Assembly: GCA_038870455.1 (NCBI GenBank)
Contig: JAWCPB010000001.1
Coordinates: 1-64,000, forward strand
Direction: 5' to 3'
DNA: 64,000 bases
From: Candidatus Micrarchaeia archaeon
GTDB lineage: Archaea; Micrarchaeota; Micrarchaeia; Burarchaeales; JACRGF01
Below, one piece after another: positions 18,747 to 26,996 of this stretch. Numbering within the stretch: the first letter of the stretch is position 1; each line of letters begins with the position of its first letter. Below the pieces are notes generated by a model that did not search any database, was not told the DNA's origin, and saw only the letters and a program-made list of their open reading frames with translations. The translations under genes and the position numbers were made by a program.

Positions 18747-19682
18747 ATGGAAAGGCGTGTTTTCGCCCTGCTGGCCGCAGCGCTGCTGACCGGTTGCCTC
18801 GGCATCCAGCTTCCCTTCCTCGGAGGCGAGCCCAACCTCGTTCCCTCAAAGGCGGACTTCGTGCTCACCCTGCGCATCGGCGACATCGTCAGCGACCCTG
18901 ATATCCTCAAGCTCCTCAACAAGAGCGGAACCGAGTTCGAGGCCGAACTCCGCCAGGCCGAGAGCGAGACGGGCATCGACGCGAGGAAGGTGGGCAAGCT
19001 CATCATCTTCGGCAGGACCCGCGCGGGCCAGCCCTACACGGGCACCATCGCATCCGGCCAGATCGACCAGCAGGCTTTCGTCTCGAAGGCGAGGGCCGGA
19101 AAAGCCGTGGTCGAACAGACGTACCAGGGCTACACGATCTACGTAGAGCCCAAGCCCCCTGGAAATGTTTTCGCATTCATCGACGGCGTTCTCGTCTCTG
19201 GAACGCGCGAAGCCGTGCAGGACGTCATTGACGTGAAGAGGGGAGCGGCCAGGCCGTTCGACAGCGAGCAGGCGAACGAGGCAGCCGACAGGGTTGACAG
19301 GAACGCGAAGGCATTCCTCATCATGCTGGGAGAGGCCGCGCCAGCCGCGCCCATTCCCGGCACACAGGGCCTGCCGGCGCAGGCGATCGCCCTCTCGCTC
19401 GACAAGCAGGGAGGCAGTGTCGCAATCAAGGCGGCAGTTCTCGCGAACGACTCCGCGGCGGCCAGCCGCGCTTTCAACTCCATCAACGGAGGCGTTTCTC
19501 TGCTGAGGGCCCTCTCCGAGCCCGGCAGCGCGCGCGAGCGCTTCTTAAACCAAATACGGGTCGAGGCGCAGGGGAATTTCGTTCTCGTGGACATTGCGAC
19601 CACGGTGGCCGACCTCGAGGCTTTCGGGGGCGATATGGCCAGGCGGCCAGCCGCGCCAACGCCATCGCCGCAGGCGCGGTAG
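18747..19682 (+). CDS. Putative lipoprotein
   Basis: Lipobox LLTGC; 311-aa ORF with coding-like composition. Confidence 0.7.
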   Translation: MERRVFALLAAALLTGCLGIQLPFLGGEPNLVPSKADFVLTLRIGDIVSDPDILKLLNKSGTEFEAELRQAESETGIDARKVGKLIIFGRTRAGQPYTGTIASGQIDQQAFVSKARAGKAVVEQTYQGYTIYVEPKPPGNVFAFIDGVLVSGTREAVQDVIDVKRGAARPFDSEQANEAADRVDRNAKAFLIMLGEAAPAAPIPGTQGLPAQAIALSLDKQGGSVAIKAAVLANDSAAASRAFNSINGGVSLLRALSEPGSARERFLNQIRVEAQGNFVLVDIATTVADLEAFGGDMARRPAAPTPSPQAR

Positions 19683-19737
19683 CACGGACAGGCGCGGGTT
19701 TAAATACCACTTCCGACTATAAAAAATAACTAATTCT

Positions 19738-20565
19738 GTGGTTCAAATGATTGATGAGAAAGAATTTGACGCGCTCACGCCCAAAAACCGCCCCTACGCT
19801 AGCGAGCCGACTGGCAAACTCGTGAACATGTTTTTTGCACAGGGGGAGTCTGTGGGGGCGGTCGTTTCAGAGCTCGCGGTCAGGGCAAGAAAGGGGGACA
19901 ACGCTGCACTCGGAGGGCTTCTCCTGGCTCTCCAGAAAGAGAACAAGAAGCTGAGCCGGCTGGCTGCTAAGGCGCTTGGGTTGGTCGGCAAGCCCGCGCT
20001 CGACAGAATCCTGTCCACCGAACTTCTTGATCCCAGCAAGCGCGAGGGCAGCGTTAGGGACGCCGCGCTCGCCGCGCTCGCCGAGATAGGCAAAAACGAC
20101 TGGAACGCGTTCGTCGAAAAGCTGTTCGTCATAGTGTCTGAGGGCAAGATCTCAAACAATCTGACCGGGCTGATTGAAGCAACCGTGCTCATCGCCCTCG
20201 CCACGGAGGAAAAAACCGCCCGCGAGGCCGTCAGCGCGTTGATGTTCGCATCGGAGCATCCAGAGCAGCTGGTCAGCGCCAACATTTTGGACAATTTGAA
20301 GGCTATTGCCGATGCGAGGAAAGAGTTCGAGCCCTCCGTGGATGACTTCATCAAAGCCAAAGCAAAACGCGAGGAAGAGGCGGCGCGGGAGAAACAGCGG
20401 ATTCTAGAGAAAAACGCGAACGGCTCTGTGGCGATCGCCCGCGTGCCCATAGTCAAAGTGCCGGGAGTGCCGAAAAACGGAACAGTCGTCCCAATCGAAG
20501 ACGAGAAGCCCGCGGGAAAAGTCGTCCACATCGAGCAAGCCCGCGCGAGAAAGGCGGCAAAGTAA
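19738..20565 (+). CDS. HEAT-like repeat hypothetical protein
   Basis: LSRLAAKALGLVG and VRDAALAALAEIG helical repeats; TATA-like sequence upstream. Confidence 0.6.
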   Translation: MVQMIDEKEFDALTPKNRPYASEPTGKLVNMFFAQGESVGAVVSELAVRARKGDNAALGGLLLALQKENKKLSRLAAKALGLVGKPALDRILSTELLDPSKREGSVRDAALAALAEIGKNDWNAFVEKLFVIVSEGKISNNLTGLIEATVLIALATEEKTAREAVSALMFASEHPEQLVSANILDNLKAIADARKEFEPSVDDFIKAKAKREEEAAREKQRILEKNANGSVAIARVPIVKVPGVPKNGTVVPIEDEKPAGKVVHIEQARARKAAK

Positions 20566-20600
20566 CAGGCTTTAATAGTTTCTCCAACAAATTACTTTCC

Positions 20601-20781
20601 GGGCCGGTAGATCAGCGGTAAAACCCTTTTCCGACGCTTCGGAAAAGCGTTTACGGAAAAGGTTTCGCGTGAGATCGCCGCCTTCGCATGCCTCTCTGGG
20701 ATCAGAAAAAGGCGGAGGCCAGGGGTTCAAACCGAACCGCGGGAACTAGTCCGGCGGTTGGTGAAAATCCCCTCCGGTCCA
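20601..20781 (+). tRNA. tRNA-Ala(CGC) with three introns (20620-20671 D-loop; 20689-20709 canonical 37/38; 20732-20767 T-loop)
   Basis: Acceptor GGGCCGG/CCGGTCC with the G3:U70 Ala identity pair, D stem GATC/GATC, anticodon arm CCGCC-TTCGCAA-GGCGG, T arm AGGGG-TTCAAAT-CCCCT. Removing 52+21+36 nt leaves 72 nt. Each junction has a BHB or relaxed BHB. Confidence 0.9.
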
Positions 20782-20938
20782 CACGCGCTTCATGCGCTCC
20801 TTTTGTCAGTAGTTTTCTATGCCGTATGGACTCGTCTGCCTCCACTTGCCTGGAAGGCATACAAGGAAGAGGAATTCACTCCGCCGAAAATAACGAAATT
20901 GCTCTGGCTCACAGCCAGCCATCCCCAGCAAATCGTCC

Positions 20939-21211
20939 TTAGGACTTTCTTTTCACGAACAACCCGCACCAGCACCTGCCCCAATTGCTCCACGCTTCCT
21001 GTATCTTGAAGTTGCACGGGCACAGGAGCTCCAGGTCCTTTTGCTTGTCCCCGCTCGTCAGCCTGCACGGGCAGTACTTGAGGCCTTTTGTCTTCTCCAG
21101 GGCAAAAACCCCTTTTACAATAAACTCGACGTGCGCGCTGTCCGGGTTGAGCTCGAAGTCCTTTCCTTCGGTAAATCCCTTGAGGAGCTCAAGCCACTCG
21201 ATTTCATTCAC
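20939..21211 (-). CDS. Ferredoxin-thioredoxin reductase catalytic-subunit family protein
   Basis: YCPCR...LCPC...RCWCGLF motif set. Confidence 0.88.
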   Translation of the reverse strand: MNEIEWLELLKGFTEGKDFELNPDSAHVEFIVKGVFALEKTKGLKYCPCRLTSGDKQKDLELLCPCNFKIQEAWSNWGRCWCGLFVKRKS

Positions 21212-21217
21212 TTGAGC

Positions 21218-21373
21218 TCACCCAGCCACTTGCTCGATGATCGCCATCGCCTCCTCCTTTGTCACTTCGATGTAGGCGTTTTTCGCCCCGCACGTGGGGC
21301 AGATTTCTGGCGGCATGCGGCCCACATGCACGTCGCCGCAGACGGTGCAGCGGAAGAATTTTTTCGCAGGCAT
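21218..21373 (-). CDS. Rubredoxin-like small protein, 51 aa
   Basis: Below the ORF-track length cutoff. Manual translation MPAKKFFRCTVCGDVHVGRMPPEICPTCGAKNAYIEVTKEEAMAIIEQVAG has two CxxCG motifs. Confidence 0.85.
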   Translation of the reverse strand: MPAKKFFRCTVCGDVHVGRMPPEICPTCGAKNAYIEVTKEEAMAIIEQVAG

Positions 21374-21423
21374 GATTTTATATGCGAAAAGCTTTTATTT
21401 AACCTTCATGCCTCCTTTTTCTG

Positions 21424-21981
21424 GTGTGGGGTTTGCGCGTCAATCTTTTTCAGCGTCAGCCGATTCCAGCCTGGCCGCTGGTCCGATGGGAAAAGGCTGG
21501 CGAGGCATGGGATGCCAGCACGCGGCCGGGCGGAGTTCCTTTCGCCCGCGTGAGCAAAGCCTTCGTCTGTGTGCTTGGTAAAACCGGGGGAGTCGTCGCC
21601 TCGTTCATCGACAATGCGCTCTCACTTTCGATAGATGCTCCTTTTCTGGCCTTCAACGAGCTTTGTCACCTGCGCGTGGCGAAAGCGCACACCAAAAGCG
21701 AGCTTCTGCTGCGGGAAGAGGGCTCGATGTACGGGCAGACAATCAAAATCTGTGCGGATGCCGCTGAACGCGTTTTCAAGAAACTATGGAAGAGCGCGCC
21801 CCGGCAGGCTCGCGTCGTCCTGTCCGCGTGGCTGGACAGGATAGAGCGCCTGAAAGAATGCATTCCGGAAGCCGTAATGCCGAAGTACGACGGGTTTGAA
21901 GTGCGTGCGCGCATGGGGCGCGCACTGCCCGCGAAAGACTTCGCACGCATTCCGCCCTTGCTCGAGCCTTTTGGCGGCTAA
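21424..21981 (+). CDS. Hypothetical protein (start uncertain)
   Basis: Longest ORF in the gap before ftsZ; no recognisable motif. Confidence 0.35.
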   Translation: MWGLRVNLFQRQPIPAWPLVRWEKAGEAWDASTRPGGVPFARVSKAFVCVLGKTGGVVASFIDNALSLSIDAPFLAFNELCHLRVAKAHTKSELLLREEGSMYGQTIKICADAAERVFKKLWKSAPRQARVVLSAWLDRIERLKECIPEAVMPKYDGFEVRARMGRALPAKDFARIPPLLEPFGG

Positions 21982-23051
21982 ATGTAGTTGATGTCCTCAA
22001 GGCCCAGCACGAGCTTCGCGTCCTGCTGCCTCTCGAGCGGCTTTCCGAGAATCTGCGGCGATGTTATGCCGGTCATTATCGCGGTGACGACGACCTGGTC
22101 CTCGAGCTCCGGCGACAGCCTCGCCCCCCAGATGACATTGGCGTTCTCGTCGAAAGCCTCGGTCAGCTTCTCCCCTATCGTTGTCGCTTCGCCGAGAGTC
22201 AGCGTGGGCGAGCCGGCTATGTGAATGAGCGCGCCCTTGGCCCCCGTGTAATCCACGTCGAGAAGCGGGTTGGTGAGCGTGCTCTTGACGGCCTTCTCCA
22301 CCTTGTCGGTTCCCTTTCCCTCCCCGACCGCGATCATGGCCACGCCCGCGTTGTTCATGATCGCCTTTACATCCGCGAAGTCGATGTTCACGAGGCTCGG
22401 CAGCGTGATGGTGTCGCTTATTCCCTTGACGGCCTTGGCGACGATCTCGTCCGCGATCTGGAAGGCCTGGTTCATGGGCAGGTTCGGCACGTAGCTGACG
22501 AGGCGGTTGTTGTCTATGATGACCACCGTGTCGCAGATTTTCTTGAGCTGGTCTATTCCCCAGTAGGCCTTTTCTATCCTCGCCCTCTCGAGGCTGAACG
22601 GAAAGGTCACCATGGCCACGACAATCGCTCCCTGTTCCTTCGCCACTTCAGCGATGACCGGTCCGGCGCCCGTGCCCGTTCCCCCGCCCATTCCCGCGCT
22701 GAGGAACACGAGCTCGCTGCCAGCCAGCACTTCCCTCAGACTGTCCCTGCTCGCTTCCGCACACTTCTGCGCTACTTCGGGGAATCCGCCGGCTCCCAGC
22801 CCGCGCGTGATGGACTGGCCGATGAGCACTCTCCTGCTCGCCTCGACAATACGCAGGTGCGTGGCGTCCGTGTTTATCGCAACCGTGTCCGCGCTGCGTA
22901 TGCCCATTTTCGTGAGGCGGTTTACCGTGTTGCAACCCGCCCCTCCCACGCCAACCACAGCAATTCTTATCCTGTCGGACGAGGTTGAGGCCTCGGGCTG
23001 GGGCTGCCCGCTTCCAAGAACCGAGTTAATCAAACTCTCCACTGCCACCAC
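21978..23051 (-). CDS. ftsZ: Cell division protein FtsZ (paralog B)
   Basis: GVGGAGCN, INTD, TRGLGAGG, tubulin signature GGGTGTG, T7 loop NIDFAD. Confidence 0.96.
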   Translation of the reverse strand: MVAVESLINSVLGSGQPQPEASTSSDRIRIAVVGVGGAGCNTVNRLTKMGIRSADTVAINTDATHLRIVEASRRVLIGQSITRGLGAGGFPEVAQKCAEASRDSLREVLAGSELVFLSAGMGGGTGTGAGPVIAEVAKEQGAIVVAMVTFPFSLERARIEKAYWGIDQLKKICDTVVIIDNNRLVSYVPNLPMNQAFQIADEIVAKAVKGISDTITLPSLVNIDFADVKAIMNNAGVAMIAVGEGKGTDKVEKAVKSTLTNPLLDVDYTGAKGALIHIAGSPTLTLGEATTIGEKLTEAFDENANVIWGARLSPELEDQVVVTAIMTGITSPQILGKPLERQQDAKLVLGLEDINYI

Positions 23052-23111
23052 CTGCCTCGGGGAAATTCCCCCTCTTCCGGTCGCCTGTAAGGCGAAGCGG
23101 CTTTTCCCGCC

Positions 23112-24182
23112 TCACCCGATTATCTCAATGTCGCCGTACGCCACTTCCTTTGGCTTGTCCTCGAACGGCTTGCCGAGCACGCTCGCGCCCTTCACGCCCG
23201 TGACTATGGCGACTATCTCTATCTTCCCGTCATAGCCTGGTATGAGGCGCGCTCCCCACTTGACGTTCGCCTTGGGATCCATTCTCTCAGTGATTATCTC
23301 GCCTGCCTTTATCGCGTCGCCGAGCGTGAGGTCGCTTCCCCCGCTTATGTGGATGATCGCCCCGCTCGCACCCTCGAAATCAACGTCAAGCAGGCGGTTC
23401 TTAAGCACTCCCTCCGAGGCTCCGGCCACCTTGTCGGTTCCCTTTCCCTCCCCGACCGCGATGAATCCGACTCCCCCTCCGCCCATGATCGCCCTCACGT
23501 CGGCGAAGTCGATGTTGATGAGGCTCGGCTGGGTGATTGTCCAGACCAAGCCGCCGATGGCCTTGGCGAGAATCTCGTCGGCCACCGAGAAAGCGTCGTT
23601 CATGGGCAGGTTGGGCACAAGCTGCACCAGCCTGTTGTTGTCGAGCACTATGCACGAATCCACCACTTTCCTGAGATTGGTTATTCCCTCGTCGGCCTTG
23701 ACTCTCCTCGCCCTCTCGAGGCTGAACGGGTAAGTCACCATGGCCACGACAATCGCTCCCTGTTCCTTGGCGATCTGGGCGACGATCGGTGCCGCGCCCG
23801 TGCCCGTTCCCCCGCCCATTCCCGCGCACACAAACACGAGGTGTGCATTGGAAAGCTCTTTCTCCAAAAGGTGCCTGTCGACCTCGGCCGCCTTCGCCCC
23901 GGTTTCGGGATAGCCCCCGGCTCCCAGCCCGCGCGTGATGGACTGGCCGATGAGCAACTTCTTGGCCGCCTCATTCACCACGCTCAGGTGCTGCCTGTCC
24001 GTATTTATGGCCAACAGCTCGCACCCTTTCACGCCCGCCCTCACTAGCCGGTTGATGGTGTTGTTTCCAGCACCGCCCACGCCGGCGACCACTATCTTTA
24101 TGCTCTCGGAGCCAAAGTTTTCCTGAGCTGGCCCCTGCTCTCCCATAACGCTTTTTATCAAACTCTCCATACTGATCGCCAC
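23112..24182 (-). CDS. ftsZ: Cell division protein FtsZ (paralog A)
   Basis: GVGGAGNN, INTD, TRGLGAGG, GGGTGTG and NIDFAD. Confidence 0.96.
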   Translation of the reverse strand: MAISMESLIKSVMGEQGPAQENFGSESIKIVVAGVGGAGNNTINRLVRAGVKGCELLAINTDRQHLSVVNEAAKKLLIGQSITRGLGAGGYPETGAKAAEVDRHLLEKELSNAHLVFVCAGMGGGTGTGAAPIVAQIAKEQGAIVVAMVTYPFSLERARRVKADEGITNLRKVVDSCIVLDNNRLVQLVPNLPMNDAFSVADEILAKAIGGLVWTITQPSLINIDFADVRAIMGGGGVGFIAVGEGKGTDKVAGASEGVLKNRLLDVDFEGASGAIIHISGGSDLTLGDAIKAGEIITERMDPKANVKWGARLIPGYDGKIEIVAIVTGVKGASVLGKPFEDKPKEVAYGDIEIIG

Positions 24183-24279
24183 GCCATCTTGATAATGCGG
24201 TATTTAAATACTTTTCGCTCGCCTCTCGGACGCGCGTGCGCGTGTGCAGCTATAAAAATTGTGCTGCGCAAACCGCCTC

Positions 24280-24639
24280 ATGGCAGCGGAAAAAAATCCT
24301 GCGAAAAAATCTTCCGGAAAAATTTCTGAGAAAGACGTGCTCGGCGCGCTGAAGGCAGTTATCGACCCCGAGATAGGCATTGACATCGTGGATCTGGGCC
24401 TCGTGTACGAAATTAAGATAGACGCGGAAAACAGCGTGCATGTGAAGATGACTCTCACCACTCCCTTCTGCCCGCTGGGACCCATGATTCTCAACAACGC
24501 AGAGCGCGCCGTGCAGGGAATCAAGGGCGTGAAGAGCGCGAAAGTCGAGCTCGTGTTCGAGCCGCCTTGGACTCCGGACAGAATGAGCACGGAAGCAAAA
24601 AAATCGCTTGGCTTCACGCAGCCCGCGCAGACCCCTTAA
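24280..24639 (+). CDS. DUF59/SufT/MIP18-family Fe-S cluster assembly factor
   Basis: VIDPEIGIDIVDLGLVY, TLTTPFCP and PPWTPDRMS. Confidence 0.92.
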   Translation: MAAEKNPAKKSSGKISEKDVLGALKAVIDPEIGIDIVDLGLVYEIKIDAENSVHVKMTLTTPFCPLGPMILNNAERAVQGIKGVKSAKVELVFEPPWTPDRMSTEAKKSLGFTQPAQTP

Positions 24640-25946
24640 GTCACTCCAATCTTCGCCATCGCGTTTCTCGGGTTCTCGTAGTAGGCCTGCGTGAATTCGC
24701 TGAGCTGCTTTATCTCGCGGATGCCCGCCCTGGCGAGCGCGCGCAGCACCTTCACGCGCAGCGCAAGCTCGTCCATGACTTCCTTGGGCGAAATGCCCGC
24801 CGCGGACGCCAGGCGGTCCCTGTAAATCACGCTGGGATGTACATTCACCATGCTGCCCGTGTGCGGGTCGAAGGAGCACAGGTCGCTGAGGAGAACTTTC
24901 TTCTCAATCCCCCCCGTCTCGGTCACCTGCCCGACCACTCGCCTCAGCCTGCCATTCACCCAATAGTGCCGCGTGACGATGAAAACATCGATGAGCGGAA
25001 TGACCTCGGTCGGGACGCTCATGGGAACGTTTTCAAGGCGCATGACGGCCTCCCTCGCGCTGTTGGCGTGCAGCGTGCCCATGCAGATTTTTCCTATGTT
25101 CATGGCGGTCATGAGGTCGTTGGCCTCGTTTCCCCGCACTTCGCCGACGATTATCCTGTTTGGGTGCATGCGCATGCTGTTTTTGACGAGGTCCTGCATG
25201 GTCAGCTCCTCGGTCGTCTCGAGCCGAGCGGTGTTCTCGTTCGCCTCGGTGTTCAGCTCGAGCGTGTCCTCGATGACCACGATCCTCTCGTTGGCGGGAA
25301 AGAAGGAAAACAGGGCGTTGAGCATCGTCGTCTTGCCAGAGCCGGGCATTCCCGCGATGAGTATGTTGGCCGGCTTTATGCGCAGCCCGTCCGCGTACAG
25401 CCAGAACTGCGCGGCCAGCTCAACGCTCATGGTGTTGTTTTCGACCAGGTCGATGAGCGAGAGGGGCCTCTTGTTGAACTTCCTGATTGTAATCTGCGGC
25501 CCGAAGGGCGAGGCTATGACGTTCGCCCTGCTTCCCTCCGGCAGGTGGAAGTTGTTTATGTCGTTCAGCCTGTCTTTTCCTGAGAGCACGAGCAGGCGCT
25601 TTACAAACAGGTTGAGCTGTTCGAGTGTTCTGAATTTCCTGTCGGTCTTGACCATGCCTTCTTTCGTGGAGAACGTGTAGATGGGCTTGAGGCCGTTTAT
25701 CATTATGTCCTCAATCTCCTCCCTTCTCATCAGGTCGTCGAGCTCCCCGTAGCTCAGCACGTTCCGGATGAGCGCGTTCTTCTTCTCCTCGCTGATTTTT
25801 CCATAAACTTCCCTGACGGCCTCGCCGACGATTCTCTCCTGCTCCTCCCTCGTCTGCACGAAGGAAAGCCTTCCCACGAGCTTTTCGAGCAGCCTCTCTT
25901 CCTTCTCCTCTTCCTCGGTTTTGCTTGTTTCAATCTCGAGCTTCAT
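24636..25946 (-). CDS. Secretion ATPase, VirB11/CpaF(TadA) family
   Basis: IEDIMING, ITIRKF, Walker A GMPGSGKT, Asp box IEDTLE, Walker B IIVGEVRG, TLHA. Confidence 0.92.
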   Translation of the reverse strand: MKLEIETSKTEEEEKEERLLEKLVGRLSFVQTREEQERIVGEAVREVYGKISEEKKNALIRNVLSYGELDDLMRREEIEDIMINGLKPIYTFSTKEGMVKTDRKFRTLEQLNLFVKRLLVLSGKDRLNDINNFHLPEGSRANVIASPFGPQITIRKFNKRPLSLIDLVENNTMSVELAAQFWLYADGLRIKPANILIAGMPGSGKTTMLNALFSFFPANERIVVIEDTLELNTEANENTARLETTEELTMQDLVKNSMRMHPNRIIVGEVRGNEANDLMTAMNIGKICMGTLHANSAREAVMRLENVPMSVPTEVIPLIDVFIVTRHYWVNGRLRRVVGQVTETGGIEKKVLLSDLCSFDPHTGSMVNVHPSVIYRDRLASAAGISPKEVMDELALRVKVLRALARAGIREIKQLSEFTQAYYENPRNAMAKIGVT

Positions 25947-25967
25947 GCGACTCTCCTCGCGTGCAGT

Positions 25968-26996
25968 CTATATTAATCTAATCAGCCCCTGGGCGATCTC
26001 GGCGACGTTCGCGCCCAGCAGGTCGGATAGCTGCTTCACCGCAGTGAATGTTACGGTCAGCGCCATGAGTGGGTATATGTAGGCTTCCATGAACATGAAG
26101 GGGATGAGCCTGCCCACAGTGGTAAGGTAGGCTATTATTCCAGTGTTTTTTACCTTCCATATAAAACTCAGCTGCGCGATGCCTTCCTGCGTTGCACACT
26201 GCTCCCTCAGCGCCTCCACATTGTACTCCACGCAGCTCAGCAGGTCGTGCTGGGCCGCCACCGATAATATGAGCGCATAGCTGAAGGGATACACCAGATA
26301 CATGCCGATGGCCAGCCCCATGAGGAAGGCGCCCGCCCCCCTTGTGTAAGGCAGCACGCGCAGCACAACGCCGAGGGGCAGGAATATCGTAAACATGGTG
26401 TCCGCGACAAAGTTGAGAAGTTGCCTCTGGAAATAGTTAGCGATGAGCAACCACGTCGAAAGCTGGGCTATCTGATGGGCAATGTTGGAAGGATAGGAGA
26501 AGGGCCAGCCCGTGACGGTGTGCACGCCATAGCTCGACAGCGTCACACTCGCCATTGTATCCACGACCAGCGCAATGCGCAGCGCCGTGACATAATAACG
26601 CCTGAGGCAGTCCAGCGTGCTGTTGAGATAAAAGTGGGTGAGGCTGAACGGATTGTCGGGTTGGATGACTCCCGGGGGTATGACCGACAACACTGGGTTA
26701 TTGACAGCCAGCTCGCGCGTAGTGTTTGCCACGCCGGTGGAGATGAGGCCGGTGAAGGCGATGAGGCCGAACACGAGCATGGCGCTGGCCATCGCCTGCA
26801 GGAATTCACTCCGCGCCCACTTTTTTGCTTCGGGCAGGTCAAAGATGACTGAGACCATGTAGGCGAGCGCCACAAGAAATATGGATGTGAGCACAGCCAG
26901 CGCGGCGGCCTGCTGCCACACCAGCCCGGCCCCAGTCGTCCAGGCCGTCGTGACCGCAGCCTGCGTTGCCTGCCCGAAATCCGCCTGCAACATCAT
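25968..26996 (-). CDS. Polytopic membrane protein, CedA/VirB6-like paralog 6
   Basis: LAYM...WARSEFLQ; LPLGVVLRVLPYTRGAGAFLMGLAIG.Y..YP; C-terminal LSDLLG...LIRLI. Confidence 0.75.
   Translation of the reverse strand: MMLQADFGQATQAAVTTAWTTGAGLVWQQAAALAVLTSIFLVALAYMVSVIFDLPEAKKWARSEFLQAMASAMLVFGLIAFTGLISTGVANTTRELAVNNPVLSVIPPGVIQPDNPFSLTHFYLNSTLDCLRRYYVTALRIALVVDTMASVTLSSYGVHTVTGWPFSYPSNIAHQIAQLSTWLLIANYFQRQLLNFVADTMFTIFLPLGVVLRVLPYTRGAGAFLMGLAIGMYLVYPFSYALILSVAAQHDLLSCVEYNVEALREQCATQEGIAQLSFIWKVKNTGIIAYLTTVGRLIPFMFMEAYIYPLMALTVTFTAVKQLSDLLGANVAEIAQGLIRLI

Noticed and set aside
20790-20935. Small ORFs between tRNA-Ala and the FTR-like gene
   Set aside because: Several short overlapping frames with no motif; none can be supported.
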